Origin: Botryllus schlosseri
Lineage: Eukaryota
Assembly: GCA_051294905.1 (NCBI GenBank)
Contig: CM119374.1
Location: 22,258,001 to 22,322,000, forward strand
Length of the DNA stretch: 64,000 nucleotides
Reading direction: 5' to 3'
Shown here piece after piece: positions 60,797 through 64,000 of the stretch (positions within the stretch are counted from its first letter, which is position 1; each line of letters starts with the position of its first letter). A program made the position numbers and the translations under genes. A model generated the notes under the pieces. That model did not search any database and had not been told where the DNA came from. It was given only the letters and a program-made list of their open reading frames with translations.

Positions 60797-61372
60797 TCTT
60801 CCCTCTTCTACCTCCCCGTCGCTCTGGTTTTGTCGGATAATGCTGTTCATTAGTAAGACAACATTATATGTGGTATTAAAATTAGTTTTGAGTTTTAAAA
60901 CTTAACAGAGAGGAAACCAAATTCTCGACACCTTATTATTGACAACAACAACGCTCTAAGCAGAAAGGAGGGTTACATGGCAATAGGATATATTAAAAAC
61001 GAAAACTGAGTTATGGGTGGAAAAAGTGAATATTACATTCACAGTGAATTAGGTTCGTATATTTTCGGCAGACGCTCGTTGGGATCAATCGCGGAAACGT
61101 ATGCCTGGCCATAAGCTAAATCTAAAACCAAGTAATAGCGCGGGCCGCACAACGCCATTCGAACATGGCACTTCTTCGTGGGACTAAGAATTTTTCTGTG
61201 TGGGTCGTAGGTGTTCAACAAGAGAATATTTCAGTTGAGTACTTTTGGGCTGCCACACAATGCATTTCATAAGAGATTCATTCTACAAAATGTTGGCTAA
61301 TTGATTATAATCAGGGTGGCTACTTCGATGTTGTTTCTTAGATTCAAAAGGTATATTATAAATGGTATATCA

Positions 61373-62086
61373 AAGGGGTGGGCAGACCTGCTTCATGCGC
61401 GAGGCGCAAATCTAAAATCTTAGCTTTCAAAGAGCCACAACTCCAAAAGTGAAAAAATGTGACGTCACAATGAAATGTAGGCTATCGAATGAAGTTTGTT
61501 ATTGTGTGTTCTCAACCTGGGCTGCGAGGTGTCCGAGATCTGACTGATATGACGTGTAAGCAGTGCGGAGCAGCTCCTTGAAGTGCTGATAAGAATTTAA
61601 GGAAGATTTTAGCTCGGTAATCTCGACGACATTTCCTTGGCCAAACTCTGCAGTTATAGATTGCCTTTACGATACAAACGGAATAGCCGTATTCACCATT
61701 GCTAGCCCGAAAATGATTGTGACCTGCGCTGGCGTGATTAATAATCAAGTCCATCGTTGAACGCTATGATTTATCATTGATTGATGACCAGGCATACATT
61801 GTTACCGGTGAAACGCTTATGTGAACTCATTTCGAGAGTTCAATTGCTAATTTCTAACCATGAAGTGCCACCGTCCCCTAAATTTTACGAGTCCTGCGTA
61901 AACAATATGAAAAGAAACAACACGAAAACAATACACATATTGTTTATACGCGATAAAAGGCATCAATTTAAAATCTGGGTAATCATATCTAGCTAAATGG
62001 CGAAGCGCGTGTGCATGTGCAATGTGCATTTGTGTAATCATTAATTAGCCGCATGTGGCTCGCAATCCGCACTTTGCCCACCCCTG
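61373..62086. mobile_element. hAT MITE upstream of copy 4
   Basis: AAGGGGTGGGCA...TGCCCACCCCTG ends; TSD GTATATCA/GTATATAA. Confidence 0.82.
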
Positions 62087-64000
62087 GTATATAATATGAC
62101 CTTGTAAGGAAATATCTTCTTTCTCCATAACTTTGTCCCTTTCCACGCACTCTGCACAGATGCTTGGACAGCTAATAACTACACTCATTCACCAGTTACT
62201 CTTAATTCAGAGACATCTTATGATAGGTGCAAGGTCCAGTATCAGTCAAAATCTATAGCATCGACGTATGGAAGGTACGACGCAAACAAATCGTAATGCA
62301 ATTAGTATTACTGCTGTTGCTGATACTGCTGCTGTTTCAGGACACATTGAACGCATTCCTAGTGGAAGAAACATCATTTCTCTCTCAGATGGTCTCACGC
62401 CATCCAAGAGGGGCGTGCCCCCAGTTTGAGAACCACTTATAGCGTGTACGCTATAGATACCTATATATTACTTACATATGTTTCAATATTGCAATATGGT
62501 TTCCATGGTGCATACCAAGTTGGACGAGGGGCGGTTGAACAATTTACAGTTGGAGAATCCAGGAATATAGCAACTTTCATTGCTGGGGTATAGACAAATT
62601 CAAGACGTAAGTCATTACGCTCGCACAATGCCAAGGCTTACTAAGCTATCTAAGTAATCTCCCTTTCATCACACAACTACCAAGTTCCGTGTGATTCAAT
62701 AAAATATTTCGTTATGCAACATCAGATAAGTGACATGTATGCGAATAAAGTCCACCATATCTTAGCGATGATTCATTGCACTCTTTTTGCCAAAATTCTT
62801 AGTGCACGATGGTTGGAAGATGCGTGTTAGACCATGCATCATACTAGTCCCGAATAATGATGAATACTAACACGATACTGGCTCTACATATTTAAGTTGG
62901 CGATTCATTCGTGCCGTTAACGAATTACAGCATGAAGATAACAACGAGATCTTTGGAGTGAACGCTAGGTGAAACACGTTTCCACCCACATCGGTATGAT
63001 TCATGTCAAGAATGTTACCAACTGAATTTTGATTATTGGCTACCACTGAGATAACAGGCAGGCACGTGAAAGGAAAGACAAAAATGACATTCCGATATAC
63101 TTCCCTTGTCAAAAAAGACGAAACATGAAATCTGAAACAATTAATCTCGCTTGCTTGATTCTTGCTAAGAATGGGTTCAAGAATGATTGTAATATATTTA
63201 TCACTCTAACTAAACATTTACAAGAACATTTTACATAGGCCTACATAAATATGGTCAGAGGGCGTCACGTCACGCCACGGAATTTCAGAAGTCAACATAC
63301 ATTTTAATAACGCTCGTATCCACGGGAACCAGATCCTTCCAGGGGTTCGCACGATCTTTGCACTCTGCTTTTCAGATTGTCGTAAGTCGAGCGATCGCAA
63401 TAAACCGGAATTATACTCTGAAAAATCCAAGGTGGACGAGGCCAACATTTGTATACGCGGATCATTGCACACTTGAATCGCTGATGTGGTTTTTTCTTGA
63501 TTAAAACGCCTTTCGAAGAGCACACACAAATGAAGAATAGCACCAGAAAAATATAGTGCACACTGCATACACTTAGCAATTTTACGATGTTATATAGGTA
63601 CGCCAATATGCAGCAGTGGAACTATGACAGAACAGTGGCAGAGTTTTATAGACTGGCTGTTCCGGAGTATAGGCCTATCAGCACAGGTGATTAAAGAGTT
63701 ATTGATATCACTTTAACCTTTATAAATTTTGAAGTGTAGGCCCTAGGTAGAATTCGCAGCTTCCCAACACAACCCACTGCTTCATGAACAGGTCTGCAAC
63801 CTCTAATTTTGAGTCAAACTAGGTCTGGGTTTTCACCGCCATCTCCATTAGAAATTGATCAAGAGTAGACACCAGCCCATGACGTCGTTCACACACTACC
63901 AGTCATCGTCAATTCAGAATCGATTAGAGACAGAAATATATCCTTTAGTAGGTCATCGACGGTACTGAACTTGAATATTTCGTAAATGCTGCTCTCTGGA

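Overview
AT-rich eukaryotic (animal) genomic DNA with GT-AG introns; an invertebrate chordate such as an ascidian is my guess, not something the sequence proves. The window is a GPCR cluster. Four paralogs of one two-exon gene are present: copy 1 (+, <1-3383, 5' end outside the window), copy 2 (+, ~6822-9148, nonsense codon), copy 3 (-, 44059-39561, intact, 772 aa) and copy 4 (-, ~60796-52067, three lesions). The ORF track makes each look like a 'secreted protein + GPCR' pair. However, in all four copies a phase-2 intron splits the same Trp codon (TG|G) and joins the two in frame. The product is a rhodopsin-class 7TM receptor carrying a signal peptide, a Ser/Thr-rich stalk and a ~190-aa 10-Cys ectodomain that I cannot assign to a known family. 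The 7TM is atypical: ~50-aa ECL1, no TM3-ECL2 disulfide, and altered CWxP and NPxxY motifs. Between the inverted pairs lie an 8-exon angiotensin/apelin/bradykinin-type GPCR with NRY instead of DRY (26357-~36976) and two small ORFs with signal peptides (15396-15093 and 15831-15556). A decayed two-exon gene sits tail-to-tail with copies 3 and 4 and was duplicated with them. Introns and intergenic DNA are dense with hAT MITEs (many with 8-bp TSDs, one retaining a transposase fragment). There is also a TA-flanked MITE inserted into TM7 of copy 4, a 5'-truncated RNase H-bearing LINE, and tRNA-derived SINEs. No rRNA, bona fide tRNA or CRISPR array was found.
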